From Okamejei kenojei (taxonomy: Eukaryota), in contig CM069148.1 in NCBI GenBank assembly GCA_035221665.1, positions 14,322,001-14,386,000 on the forward strand: a DNA stretch of 64,000 nucleotides, read 5' to 3'. Each line of letters begins with the position of its first letter. Positions within the stretch are counted from its first letter, which is position 1. A program made the position numbers and the translations under genes. The notes under the pieces are model-generated. The model was not told the origin of the DNA and searched no databases. It was given only the letters and a program-made list of their open reading frames with translations. Shown piece by piece: positions 24,238-37,368 of this stretch.

Positions 24238-26071
24238 ATCTAACCTGTCCCTTCAACATTGGTCTGAACTGTATACAGGTCGTTCTGCTATAACCCATAT
24301 TTCCATAAATTACTATTAAAACACAAAGTACTTGTGCAATAAAAACCAGGGTAAGTGCTCAACCAAGAAAACCAAGCCCAAAGCAGTATCTAAACTGCTT
24401 AAACACACTTCTGCTAAGGACAATAACCAACTCTATATGCAATACGCTATCTACAGGTTAACAAGCACATAGAAACTCATCATGTAGATGCAAGTATATC
24501 ATTGGGGTTATCAAGTGGGCACCTCCCTTCACTGGTGTTTCGTTGTTAGGCCCATGACACTTCGGGAAGGCTCAGTTAGGATTGGACATAACGTGATTGA
24601 TGAATGAGGGAACTCTCGCTGTATTACGCAGTTTGTATTAGTTTGATTGTGAGCTGGAGACTCACTTTAAAGTTACTTGGAAATTGCTAAGCAGAAAATA
24701 AACATCTCTAGGGAGAGTCTAGGGTTATTGAAACCTGAAACCACAAGAATGCTGGAAAGGCCCAGTGCATAAGCAGGAGAACGAAAAGCTGGATTAACAT
24801 TACCGATCCATAACCTTACTGCTGAACATACCAGAACACAAACTGTATACAAACAGCATATCTAGTTGCATCACAGCTTGGTTTGAGAAGAGCTCTGCCC
24901 AAGACTACAATAAACTGCAGAGAGTTGTGGATGTAGCCCAGTCCATCACACAGACCAGACTCCCCAGACCAGACTCCATCTACACTTCATGCTACCTCAG
25001 GAAAGCAGCCATAATCAAGGATTTTTTTCCCTTTTCTCCCCTCCCCAGTCAGGCAAAAGATACAAAAGCTTGATAGAACATAAATCCAGACCCAGAAACA
25101 CCTTCCCCTCTGTTATCTTCTGCATGGTTCTCCCATAAGATAGGGCGTAGTCCGAATCTTCCAACATAACTCACAGCCCACATTGGATTTTTTACACTGG
25201 GACTGTAATCCTACTGTGTTGAAAAGCTATATTCTGCACTCTGGTATTTTTCTCCTTTCTCTACCTCCTGTACTTGCGTCTGGTTTGATTGTACTCATTA
25301 TTAGTATTATCAAATGTATTTGGCAAGCACACAAACAAAAGAGCTTTTCACTGCATCTCGGTGTACGTGGCAACTAAACAAATTATAACTTAAATTCAAT
25401 TAAATCCTGAAGGGTGCAGCATGTCCATAGAATTGAAGCGCGGTTTGTCAAGCTTAGTGCAAGAATGCTATAGACTCATAGTTCAAGAGTGGGAGTGGAA
25501 ATGATATGAAAGCTTGTCATGCACTGCAAGAGACGGAATTTGGTATACAATGTAATGTGGGCAGCCCCATGTTAAGGCCATTTGGCTGATGGAAATTCAC
25601 AACCAGAATAGAACACACAAATCACAGGAGGGAAATAGCAAAGGAGGGAAATATCAAAGACTTTAAGATGAGATGGGCAAAATTTAAAAGAGATGTGTGG
25701 GACATGTTTGGTTTTTACAGAGAACGGTGGGTGCCTGGAAAGCGCTGCCAGGGGTGCTGGTGGAGGCAAATCCAATAGTGAGATTTAAGAGGCTTTTAGA
25801 TAGGCACATGCATGCAGGGAATGGAGGGGTGTGGATCACATCCAGGTAGAGATTAATTTAACTTGGCATCATGCTCAGCATGGATGTAGTGGACAACACA
25901 TGATTACAATCGAGCCATTTACAATGTATAGATACATGATAAGGGAATAACAATTAGTGCAAGGTAAAGCCAGCAAAGTCCGATCAAGAATAGTCTGAGG
26001 GCCACCATAGAGGTAGATAGTAGTTCAACAGGTCGGAATTGTCAAGCTTTTGGTCTATTGTATAATTGCAG

Positions 26072-26234
26072 GAAAAAAGTCTCAAGGGAATGATTAGGAA
26101 GCACGAGGTGCCAGGAATCCTGGTGAAATATGACCTCAGCTGTCTTAAGATTTTGATCTGCGAGGAAGGAATGTCCCTCAGCCGGTTCCTAATTCGCCTC
26201 TGCGGTGTCGTAGGTGGGATATTTTCCACTGCAG
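26072..26234 (+). CDS. ERGIC2: ERGIC2-like coding exon 11 (start of TM2)
   Basis: ttgcAG acceptor; EKSLKGMIRKHEVPGILVKYDLSCLKILICEEGMSLSRFLIRLCGVVGGIFSTAG; GTAGGT donor; 163 nt. Confidence 0.95.
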
Positions 26235-27776
26235 GTAGGTGCCTGTGCGAGGGTTGGAACACTTGAAAAACAAATGTCACACACTCTGCTCTCGGTGCAT
26301 CTAACAGCATTCAACCGCATGTAAAACACAAAAGTGCTGGAGGAACTCAGCGAGTCAGGCAGCATCTGTGGAGGGAATGGAATGTCCACATCTCAGGTCA
26401 GGGGAAGAAAGCTTGTAAAGAGGGGTGGAGCGTGACACAGCCCAGCAAGTGATAGGTGGATAGAGGTGAAGGGAAGGTGGAGGGGGGGGGGGGGGGGGGA
26501 GAAGAGGAGGGTTGACTGGCAGGTGGGTGGAGATAATGACAAAGGCTAGAGGGGAATAGGGGACAAAAGGGTGTTGTATTAAGACGAGCGGTGACATGTA
26601 AAGCCAAAGGGATATAGGTGAAAGGGAACATGCCAGGGAGAGGTTCGAGAATGGGGCGAGTATTCTGCTTTTATACACTCTCTTCATTGATTGAAAGATA
26701 CAGTGTAAAAACAGACCCATCAGCCTACACTTTCCATCAATCACTAGTTCACACTAGTTCTATGTTATACCACTTACTCATCCACTCCCAAAACACTGCG
26801 GGACATTTTCAGAGACCAATTAACTTGCACGTCTTGTACATTAAATGGCCTCCAAAAAAATTGTAAATTGTCCCTAATGTGTAGGATAGTGCTGATCGGT
26901 GGACTGGCTGATCGGTGCAGACTCAGTAGCTGAAGGAGCCTGTTTCCACTTTATTATATCTTTAAAATCTAAAGTTTAAAGTATATTTTTGAGATGTGTG
27001 TGGAAACCGAGGCACACAGTGGAATCCCATGTAGTCACTGGGAGACGATGCAATCTCCACAGACAGCTTCCAAGGTCTGGATCGAACCCGGGTCCCTGGT
27101 GCAGAAACAAACGGCTGTACCAGCTGCACCACTGTAAACCTCTGTCTCACCTAGAAGGGCTGCTGAGATCCCTGGATGGCATTGAGAGAGCAGGTGTAGA
27201 GATACAGCGCACAAATTGGCCCCTTCGCCCACCGAGTCCGCGTCAACCAGCGATCACCCCGTACACTCGCACTATCCTACACACTAGGGACAATTTACAA
27301 TTTTACTGAAGCCAATAAACCTACAAACCTGTACATCTTTGGAGTGTGGGAGGAAACTAGAGCACCCGGAGAAAGCCATGCGGTCACAGGGAGAATGTAC
27401 AAGCAGCACCCGCAGTCAGGATCGAATCTGGCCCTGTCGCTGGAAGACAGCCAGTCTATCGCTGTGCCAACCATGCTGCCCGTTAGGTTGGGTGGGAAAG
27501 GATGAGTGAAGCAAGGAGTTGAATGTCATTGCGTGCACAGCAAGGTGGGGGCATTAGACTGCACCAACCATGCTGCACCCCCTCACTGCCGCAATGCCAC
27601 TGTAAACCAGGTGTTTTACGCACAAGCTTCAAGAGCTGAACCCACAGATTCGACTTGAGTGAGATCGCTGCTACTGATCTCAGGTCGATACTTGTGGTGG
27701 GTTCAATCGGATAAAAAGGGGCACCATCATTGCACCGGACGTCAGTATCTCAATACTTTTGCACTTTTCCTTCCAG

Positions 27777-27851
27777 GGCTTCTGCACAATATTTGTGGAT
27801 TTATTATTAATCTTATTTGCTGCCAGTGCAAATCCAGAGACAAATACAATG
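27777..27851 (+). CDS. ERGIC2: ERGIC2-like coding exon 12
   Basis: ttttccttccAG acceptor; GLLHNICGFIINLICCQCKSRDKYN; GTGAGT donor at 27852. If unspliced, the frame runs on to a stop at 27922. Confidence 0.85.
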
Positions 27852-28559
27852 GTGAGTTAAAAATAGATTCAAATTTCTTGCAGTTCTGTTTGAGCAACTT
27901 CAGTCAGGTTAAATTAAACTAAGAACCCAACGGAAGTACATATAATCCTCGTTATTAGTGCAGAAGATGGAGGGGAAATTATGTTTGTTTGTCCATTATA
28001 GCCAAGTAAAGGATTCACTTCAGCCATCTAGATAGAAGTCACTCTGTAAAGAAACAAATTGTTTTCAAAGTCCTTTTTAACTGGTAAATATGTATTTTTG
28101 TTACTGCAAACTAAATATACTAAAGACCGTTTGTTACCTTGTTTAAACAGACTATCATTGCTCAAGTATTGATTGAAGCAACTGCCTGTCAATCTCAATG
28201 TAAGTGGCAGTCTGTGTTCAGAAAGAGCCAGTGGTGTCAGATTACTGTGGGGACACTCTGTCCGTTATATCTGAAATCCTTTATAAAGAGGTCCATGATA
28301 AGGAGGGTCGACTGTATCTCAATCAATACCATATACAGGTATCCTCTAAAAGGGCGAGGAAGCAAATGCCATAGGAGTTTTCAAAAGACAATTAAACACA
28401 TTGAGGGAAGAGAGCCATCTGCGATATTATGTGCAAAAGGCTGGAGTATAAAGTTATCGGAAAACTCTCACCTGGAGCAGCACAGACACAATGAGTTGAA
28501 TTTTCTTTGCCTATTAAGATTCTGGGATTCTTTTCAAGGTTGGCCCAAGATTCTCAAAT

Positions 28560-29310
28560 TGCTAGCTCCAGAGATCAGAGTCTACACGATGTGGCCTCCT
28601 CAACATCGATAAGAACAAGCGTAGATTAGGAGACCGCTTCGCCGAACACTTGTGCTCTGTCCACCATGGCCTGCTGGAGCTCCCAGTTGTCACATTCCCA
28701 TTCCCACATCGACCTCTCTCTCCTTGGCCTTCTCCATTGCTGGAATTAGGCCACACACAAAATGGAGGAACAGCACCTGATATTCTGCTTGGGTAGCCTG
28801 CAACCCCACGATATGAACATTGAATTCTCAGATTTCAGATAACACCCGCTCCTTCAGATCGACCCAGATTCACCCCAGGAGCACACCATACTTTTCACTT
28901 CCCATCCACATCTCCTCGCTCCTTTTCCCTCCTCCACCGCTCATCTCATCTACCCCCCCCCCCCCCCCCCCCCCCCCACCGTACCGTTCAACCACCATCC
29001 CTCACATTGTTCCTACATTTCACTCCCCACCTTCCTGTGTTATTAGATCCGTCTTTTCCCATTCGCTTTCTCCACCCTCAATCTTGGTTAATTATCTCCA
29101 CCCTTTTCTCCCGGTGCCCAACTCACCTGCCAATTAACCCCTCCTCACCTGGATCCACCAATCACTTGCCCCACCCCTTCAACCCTGGTATCGAGCGTCC
29201 TTTTACGGCATTAGACCGAAGAAGAGTCCCCACCCAAAAATGGCATCTATCCATTTATCTCCGCAGATGCTGCCTGACCTGGGGTGTTCCTCCAGTGCTT
29301 TGTTTTTAAT
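28560..29310 (+). mobile_element. Penelope-like element fragment (GIY-YIG endonuclease region plus terminal repeat)
   Basis: CGLL.I..NKRRLGDRFAEHL.SV and EEQHLIF.LGSLQP.DMNIEF peptides, then a C-rich spacer and a degenerate hammerhead-bearing repeat. Confidence 0.75.
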
Positions 29311-29918
29311 TGTGGTGTTTAGATTTACGATCAATATCCTGCACTGGTTTGAGTTTAGTTTAGAGATATAGCGCGGAAATGAGCCCTTCGGCCCATTATC
29401 TGCACCGACCAGCGATTCCCGCACATTTACCACTATCCTATACACACACACACACACTAGGGACAATTTACAATTGTTACCGAGGCAAATTAACCTACAA
29501 ATCTGTAGGACATTGGAGTGTGGGAGGAAACTGGAGCACCTGGAGAAAACGCAGATCACGGGGAGAACGTACAAACTCCGTACAGACAGCACCCGAGGTC
29601 AGGATCGAACCGGTGCCTCTGACCCTGTAAAGCAGCAACTCTACTGCTGCACCACCATGCCACTTATGCTTGTGAATTAGACCCACATAAACTGTATGTG
29701 CTAACACACATGCGCTTAGGATGTCATAAAGTTGAAATTAAACCCTCAGCAGGACTACCCAGCATTATATTCTGCCACACTTTAAATTCCCAGTCTATTA
29801 TGGTTAGGCCCAACTGATCGTGAAACTGATTGCCTTTAAACTTGCATTATCAAAGTCACTCTTCCTGAAAAAGCAGTCAAGCTATTTTACACCCCACATT
29901 CATGTGTTTTCTCCTTAG

Positions 29919-29971
29919 AAAAGAATGAAACTACCACAAACGAGATAACATCAACATCGAGCATGGCATGA
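29919..29971 (+). CDS. ERGIC2: ERGIC2-like putative last coding exon
   Basis: Strong acceptor gttttctccttAG; phase-compatible EKNETTTNEITSTSSMA-TGA; ATTAAA at 30008-30013. No recognisable homology, so tentative. Confidence 0.5.
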
Positions 29972-30104
29972 CTGCGATCTTCCAGTTGTTATTTTTGAGA
30001 ATACAAAATTAAACTGTGTGTTAGCGTTGAAGAATTTCAAATAGACGTTGGAGCCTGCAGGAGTGAGAAGAGGCTTCATTTAAATGAACACACCATCGTT
30101 ATTG

Positions 30105-32859
30105 ATTCTCAAAGGCACCCATTTAATTTTCCATTCACAAATCACTGTTGTACTGCTAACTGCGACATTAATGCTTGTCCATTTTTCATACATACAGTGT
30201 AAAAATATGAATGCTGCCATTGCAGTATAGCATTTAACATTGCTTTCAGATGAAAAAGTTTTACTGGAAGTGTACAGAAAAATTTTCTTAAATTAAAGTC
30301 AATTCTAACAGACAACCCTAGTTTTACACCAGCTGATGCCAATAAATACCTGTCAATTACAAATGTCATCTATTGTCCTTTGTGGAAACATTCACTAAAA
30401 ATTGTCCGTTTCTTTTAAAGGCAGCGCCAACCATACAATGCACACTGAAGTACTATTTTACAACAGATTTTTAAGTGCACATCAACACCCAGTGCCATTT
30501 ACACACCAGCTCCCCTCAACCACCACCCAATACCTGTAAAGTTCTGCACAAGGACTAGACCAGGCATAGTTGACCTCAAAATTTCACCTGCTAATTATCT
30601 GCTATTTACAAAAAGGCCAAAGTCAGTAATTCCTAGTAAACACAAGTGGAAAAGGCTCTCTCGGTTTACAAAGTGCCCTTGCTTCAACTTTATAAAGCAA
30701 GGTTTGAATTACAGTCGTCAACACAGATCCGTCCACACTACAAGAGACTGGGGACTGCCATCCAGATTAGATATAAAGGCAGTGGTGGGCTTTATTAAAA
30801 TTAAAAGTGAGGGGGGGGGGTAGGAGTGGGGGGGACGAGAAATGGGGATAAAGGCCAAACCTTATGCCGCAGAAGTCAAAGAGATGTTTGGGGGATGGAA
30901 ATATTTCACAAGGGTTTAACCCTAGTATAACTCAGAGTGGTCAGCCCAGAGACCAATGCTTTCACTGCAGCATCACGCCTGTTCAGCTACCAAAGCTCTG
31001 ACCCCCATTTGTTTCCTGCTTCACGAGCAGATGAGACATTTTGTGAGAAATATGGGCTCCATCCAGGCCATGAAATGAAAGGAGCTTTCTAGATAACGAG
31101 GCTGTAGAAATAAAAGTACGTAATGCCGTGAATTATAGGCTGGTGGTTTTGAATTTTTGGCTTAATTCAACTTCTTGGCTCCACCTCTGCTCTTGAATTG
31201 AACCAGTCCATCCAATCTAATTTATATATAGAGATCTGTGCACAGATGCCATCATTTACTCAGACATCAGTGCCAACAAGTAGTAATTCAAACAGTGGAC
31301 TTGTTTTATAGTATTTTATAGCGACATTAATCAGATCATCCTTAATCGGAAGGGTTTGACACATGTCTATATTTTAGCCCAGTCAGGCAGAGACTGACAA
31401 GTGCCCATTATTAACATGTACAAGTCCGTCATAATCGAAACACCAGGTTGTGAAGCCACAGAACAAAATAAACGGGATATCCACAGCTTGGGTTCCAAGG
31501 GAAGTCTCCTTATAACCCAAATCCAAAAACAATACAAATTTTACACATTTTATCCTTACACCAAAAAAAGCCAGCAACCCCGAGTGCACATCAGAGTGAC
31601 CAGCTGATATTCTTGCATCAAAACTCTTCGGCATAACTCAATAAAGCCAGGCACAATCTGCCGCTCCCATGAGACCCCGTCTTCCCACCCAAACCAAGGC
31701 AAAAATACATATTTCTTATTTTATTCCCCCTCCCCCAAAAGTACAACCATTTGTCCGTGTCTGCAGAGAGCACAGTGCATTAATTCACCAATTCAGGAAT
31801 GTCTTCAGGCATAATAGATCATTTGCAACTTCTGCATAAAACCAACAGCTAATTTAGAAAAACTTTGGCTGAGAGGAGGGGGTGAAATTGGTCTGGGGCG
31901 CTAGCATAAAACGCACAGTGTATTGACAGCTTAATCTATCAGTTCCTCTTCAATTCTAATCCAGCACCCTTCCTCTCTGCACTCCCAACTAGTTTATTTG
32001 TTGCAGTCAGACATTCAGTTGAAGCTCCTCAGGTTTATGCTCTGTGTCCTAGCATTCAGGAATGGTACTAGACTGTTCCTCAGGGCACAGCTGCAGAAGC
32101 TATATGAAAGTAAACATCTCCTCCAATATTTTCAGTCAAATGCATCCCAAGCTGATTTGCAGTTTCCAGCCAAGAGCAGGTCTCATTCAACATTTGCCGA
32201 TTAAACAGCGGGTTTGGTGCTTTATGCTCAGTTCAGCTAAAGCAATTAGCACTATTACTGAAAGGTTACCGAAAGCCCAGTCAGAAGCAGATTAGAGGGA
32301 AGCTCAGCGATGTGGCTGGTGCCACGGGGGGAAGGAAAAGGCAGGAAACTCAAGCCTTGCTGCCAATATTAGGAGACTCGCTTCCGCTTTATTGAACACC
32401 GCTGAAGTTCAAACTGAATGTCCAATGCAGTGACAAAAAGGTAAACTGATGAAAGCATGCACTATGAGTAAATTAGTATTTATGGACAAACTCCACTTAC
32501 AACGGAACAAGTCTCATGAACTCGGTGAAGTGGCAGAGATGACCTACAGAAATTTGAATACAGCAATTCGATGGAAAAAAAAATTAAACTTGTTTTCCCC
32601 ATGTCATTCTTCCTTCAGTGTTAAAGCTTATTTTAAACCCTGAAATAGTTTTTCACTGTACTTCAGTGCATTTCTGTACTTATAATGGTGCTAGATAGCT
32701 GTCCTAACTTATAATAAAGTAGCTTTAACAAATTACATACATGACAAAATAGAATTGGGTACGGGTTTTTTTTTTTAGTACAAACATTAACACAAGATTT
32801 TATCAATGTCCAGTACAGCTATCCATAAATGCATAGGTGACTGAGTAATTGTAGCATCT
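30105..32859 (-). other. Probable long FAR1-like 3' UTR
   Basis: TE-free unique sequence after the stop codon. Minus-strand AATAAA at 32388-32393, 31720-31725 and 30791-30796; ATTAAA at 30122-30127 with GU-rich sequence downstream. Confidence 0.5.
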
Positions 32860-33051
<192 letters not shown>

Positions 33052-33169
33052 TTAATTTTTAATAATACAGCTTTTAAAAAAATCTAGACGGGGACATTTC
33101 AAAATTTCATAAACAAAGTCATGACTTGTGGAAGTCATGCTGCAGTTCTAACAGAATTTTGCAAATTGT

Positions 33170-33475
33170 ATTTAGTTTAGTTTAGAGATACAGCGCGGAA
33201 ACAGGCCCTTCGGCCCACGACGACCAGCGATCCCCGCACATTATCACTATCCTACACACTATCGGGACAATTTTTACATTTACCAAGCCAATTAACGAAC
33301 AACACTGTACGTCTTTGGAGTGTGGGAGGAAAGCGAAGAACTCGGAGAAAACCCGCGCAGGTCACAGGGAGAACGGACAAACTCCGTACAGACCCGTAGT
33401 CGGGTATCGAACCCGGGTCTCCGGCGCTGCATTCGCTGTAAGGCAGCAGCTCTACCGCTGCGCCACCGTGACCGC
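33170..33475 (-). mobile_element. Young full-length HE1/V-SINE-like SINE
   Basis: Intact A box TGGCGCAGCGG and B box GGTTCGATACC, CpG-rich, (CTAAA)n tail. Confidence 0.85.
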
Positions 33476-33499
33476 CCTGTTCTGTATGCAGTACTGTAT

Positions 33500-34110
33500 G
33501 CAGTCCTAGTCATTTCATTACAGGAAGGATGTGGAGCCCTTGGCATTTGAGTATGAGAGTCAGGAAATCGTGTTGCAGCTTTATAGGAGTTTCGTTAGGC
33601 AGCATTTGGAGTATTGCGTGCAGTTCTGGTCATCCCATTACAGGAAAAATGTGGAGGCTTTGGAGAGAGTGCATAAAAGTTTACAAGAACGCTGCCTTGA
33701 ATTGAGGGTGTTAGCCTCAAGGAGAGGTTGGACAAACTTGGCTTGCTTTCTCTGGAGTGTCCAAGGCTGAGGTGAAACCTGATAGAGTTATATAAAATTA
33801 TGAAAGGCAAAGATAGGGTAGACAGTCAGAATTTTTTCGGGGGTAAATGTCAAAGACTAAAGAGAATAGCTTTAAGGTCAGAGAAGCAGAGTTTAAAGGA
33901 GATGTGTAGAGCAGATTTTCTTTTTACACAGGGTGGCAAGTACCTGGAACACATTGCCAGGGGTGGTTGTAGAGGCAGTTATGAAGGTGGCGTTTAAGAA
34001 TCTTTTAGATGGGCAACATGGATATGTCGGAAATGGAAAAATATACATCAAATTTAGGCAAAGGACATTAGTTTAACCTGGAATCACGGTTGGCAGGGTC
34101 ATTGTGGGAG
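33500..34110 (+). mobile_element. CR1 LINE 3' fragment
   Basis: LYRSFVRQHLEYCVQFWS motif. Confidence 0.8.
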
Positions 34111-34470
34111 GGTGCTGTAACACATTGACTATTTAGCCTACACGACTTGGATAAGCCAGAATAATGGTAGAGCATTTTAAGCCTTACACAGGATGCACAG
34201 TGTAGGGTCAGCTTAATCCTTCACTGTTGATCAGGGGATGGCGGATGGGCGGATGGAGAAGTAAGGAGGTGGGCATGTACAAGACATGTGCGAACAATTT
34301 TCAAACAAGGTGACATCTACCACCAACCCCAAATCAGCCAAAATAGAACTGCAGCCTCCCACCTCACTTCACCCAAGGATTTGACCCCAACCAGATCCAT
34401 TATTTCTCTCTTGCAAGATATGCAATTTCAATTTCCCACGGCACGTCCCAAGTTCACAGTGCTAACGTAC

Positions 34471-34598
34471 TTGATCAGATGTTTCCTGGCTGCCGGGAGT
34501 CCAGAGAGCTCCTCGTTGAGTACATACTTCTTGGTTCCCATGCAGTAATTCTCCATGTATTCAGCCCAGTGCAGCTGTCTTACATCAAAGTTGAATAC
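34471..34598 (-). CDS. FAR1: FAR1-like exon
   Basis: [43 protein letters not shown]; 128 nt; AG/GT. Confidence 0.95.
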
Positions 34599-34703
34599 CT
34601 GAGAGGCAAAAAACAAAACTCAGTTAAACATTGCTCGGATACACAGGAGATTTATTTGAACCGTTGAACCATTAATGGGAAGCCCAGTGGAATTTCACAA
34701 AGT

Positions 34704-35223
34704 GGAATTGCAGACAAAAATAAGACCCATCGCAGCACATCTGGACCTCTAACGAAGCAGAAAGTATATTGGGGTTAAGCATCATGCAAAAAGGACATCC
34801 GTTTCAGGGAAGTTTCCACCAGAGGGCTTTGGGAACAGTTGATAATTTTTCAGTAATAAAAGCAGAAAATGCTGGAAACACTCAGCAGGTCCGGCAGTAT
34901 CTGTGGAGAGATAAACGCAGTTAATGCTTCAGGTCCAGGCCCCTTCTTCAGAACTCCCAACTTTTCAGTTTGAAGATAGATTGCAAATAAACCAGAAATC
35001 TGCTGAGGAAGTCCTTTTAAAGAAAAGGCAATGAGTTTTATGTCTTGAACACAGTTTGCAAAATTGATGGAGACAGATTTAAAATTACACCATTTGCAAT
35101 ATTGATGGGGGACAGGTTTAAAATGAAATACAAAAATGGAAATGGACAAACTCTAGAAAGGAACAATTACAGGGCTGAGGATAAAAGAGCACAGTCAAAG
35201 GGGGTAATTGGAGGCGTCACTTA
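34704..35223 (+). repeat. Left arm of ~520-bp inverted duplication
   Basis: Reverse complement of 36849-37368. The mirror ORFs 34850..35149(-) and 36923..37222(+) differ at only 10 of 99 residues. Confidence 0.95.
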
Positions 35224-36848
35224 CAGTGCCCTTCATAATGTTTGGGACAAAGACCCATCATTTATTTATTTGCCTCTGTACTCCACAATTTGAGATATGT
35301 AATAGAAAAAAAAAATCACATGTGGTTAAAGTGCACATTGTCAGATTTTAATAAGGGGCATTTTTACACATTTTGGTTTCACCATGTAGAAATGACAGCA
35401 GTATTTACCATAATGTTTGGGACACATGGCTACACAGGCATTTGTAACTCCTCAGGTGTGTTTAATTGCCTCCTTAATGCAGGTATAAAAGAGCTCTCAG
35501 CACCTAGTCTTTCCTCCAGTCTTTCCATCACCTTTGGAAACTTGTATTGCTGTTTATCAACATGAGGACCAAAGTTGCGGCAATGAAAGTCAAAGAAGAC
35601 ATTATGACACTGAGAAACAAGAATAAAACTGTTAGAGACACCAGCCAAACCTTGGGCTTATCACAATCAACTGTTGGAACATCATTAAGAAGAAAGAGAG
35701 CACTGGTGAGCTTACTGATCACAAAAGGATTGGCAGGCCAAGGAAGACCTCCACAGCTGATGATAGAAGAATTATCTCTATAATAACGAAAAATCCCCAA
35801 ACACCTGTCCGACAGATCAGAAACACGCTTCAAGAGTCAGGTGTGGGTTTGTCAATGACCACTGTCCGCAGAAGATTTCATGAACAGAAATACAGAGGCT
35901 GCACTGCAAGATGCAAACCACTGGTTAGCCGCGAAAATAGGATGGCCGGGTTACAGTTTGCCAAGAAGTACTTAAAAGAGCAACCACAGTTCTGGAAAAA
36001 GGTCTTGTGGACAGATGAGCTGAAGATTAGCTTATATCAGAGTGATGGCAAGAGCAAAGTATGGAGGAGAGAAGAAACTGCCAAAGATCCAAAGCATACC
36101 ACCTCATCTGTGAAACATGGTGGTGGGAGTGTTATGGCCTGGACATGTATGGCTGCTGAAGATACTGCCTCACTTATCTTGATTGATGATACAATGCTGT
36201 TGGCAGTATATAGCGAATTCTGAAGTGTATAGACACATCCTATCTGCTCAAGTTCAAACAAGTGCCTCAAAATTTATTGGCTGGCGGTTCATTCTACAGC
36301 AAAACAATGATCCCAAACATACTGCTAAAGCAACAACGGAGTTTTTCAAAGCTAAAAAATGGTCAATTCTTGAGTGGCCAAGTGAATCACCCGATCTGAA
36401 CCCAATTGAGCGTGCCTTTTATATGCCGAAGAGAAATCGGAAGGGGACTAGCCCCCAAAACAAGCATAAGCTAAAGATGGCTGCAATACAGGCCTGGCAG
36501 AGCATCACCAGAGAAGACCCCCAGCAACAGATTATGTCCACGAATCGCAGACTTCAAGCAGTCATTGCATGCAAAGAATATGCAACAAAATACTAAACAA
36601 GACTACTTTCATTTACATTACATTGCTGTGTCCCAAACATTATGGCGCCCTGAAATGGGGGAACTATGTATAAACACTGCTGTCATTTCTACATGGCGAA
36701 ATCAAAACATATAAAAATGGCCTTTATTAAAATCTGACATTGTGCACTTTCACCACATGTGATTTTTTTCAATTACATATCTCAAATTGTGGAGTACAGA
36801 GGCAAATAAATAAATGAGTCTTTGTCCCAACCATTATGGAGGGCACTG
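35224..36848 (+). mobile_element. Tc1-like DNA transposon, near full-length, IR/DR-type TIRs, frameshifted transposase
   Basis: TA-CAGTGCCC...GGGCACTG-TA ends; ~200-220 bp TIRs with CATAATGTTTGGGACA repeated at both ends; transposase relic 35562-36596 (WTDE, KHGGGSVM.W, QQNNDPKH, SPDLNPIE). Confidence 0.93.
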
Positions 36849-37368
36849 TAAGTGAGGTCTCCAATTACCCCCTTGACTGCGCTCTTTTATCCTCAGCCCT
36901 GTAATTTTTCCCCTTCTAGAGTTTGTCCATTTTCCTTTTCGTATTTCATTTTAAATCTGTCCCCCATCAATTTTGCAAATGGTGTAATTTTAAATCTGTC
37001 TCCATCAATTTTACAAACTGTGTTCAAGACATAAAACTTATTGCCTTTTCTTTAAAAGGACTTCCTCAGCAGAATTCTGGTTTATTGGCAAACTATCTTC
37101 AAACTGAAACGTTGGGAGTTCTGAAGAAGGGGCCTGGACCTGAAGCATTAATTGCGTTTATCTCTCCACAGATACTGCCGGACCTGCTGAGTGTTTCCAG
37201 CATTTTCTGCTTTTATTACTGAAAACTATCACCTGTTTCCAAAGACCTCTGGTGGAAACTTCCCAGAAACGAATGTCCTTTTTTGCATGATGCTTAATCT
37301 CAATATACTTTCTGCTTCGTTAGAGGTCCAGATGTGCTGTGATGGGTCTTATTTTTGTCTGTAATTCC
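36849..37368 (-). repeat. Right arm of ~520-bp inverted duplication
   Basis: Reverse complement of 34704-35223; ends in a local hairpin at 37351-37387. Confidence 0.95.

Noticed and set aside
28139-28612. 157-aa ORF
   Set aside because: Non-ATG start, no motifs, and it runs into a Penelope fragment.
33400-33475. tRNA-like A and B boxes
   Set aside because: Head of a tRNA-derived SINE that continues into SINE core and tail; not a tRNA gene.
34816-34829. CTCF-like motif CCACCAGAGGGC (a similar one at about 54938-54953)
   Set aside because: A single short match can occur by chance, the mirrored copy is mutated, and the second has an extra G; no supporting evidence.
34850-37222. Two near-identical 99-aa ORFs on opposite strands
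   Set aside because: By-product of the inverted duplication of non-coding and repeat DNA; non-ATG starts; not a gene pair.
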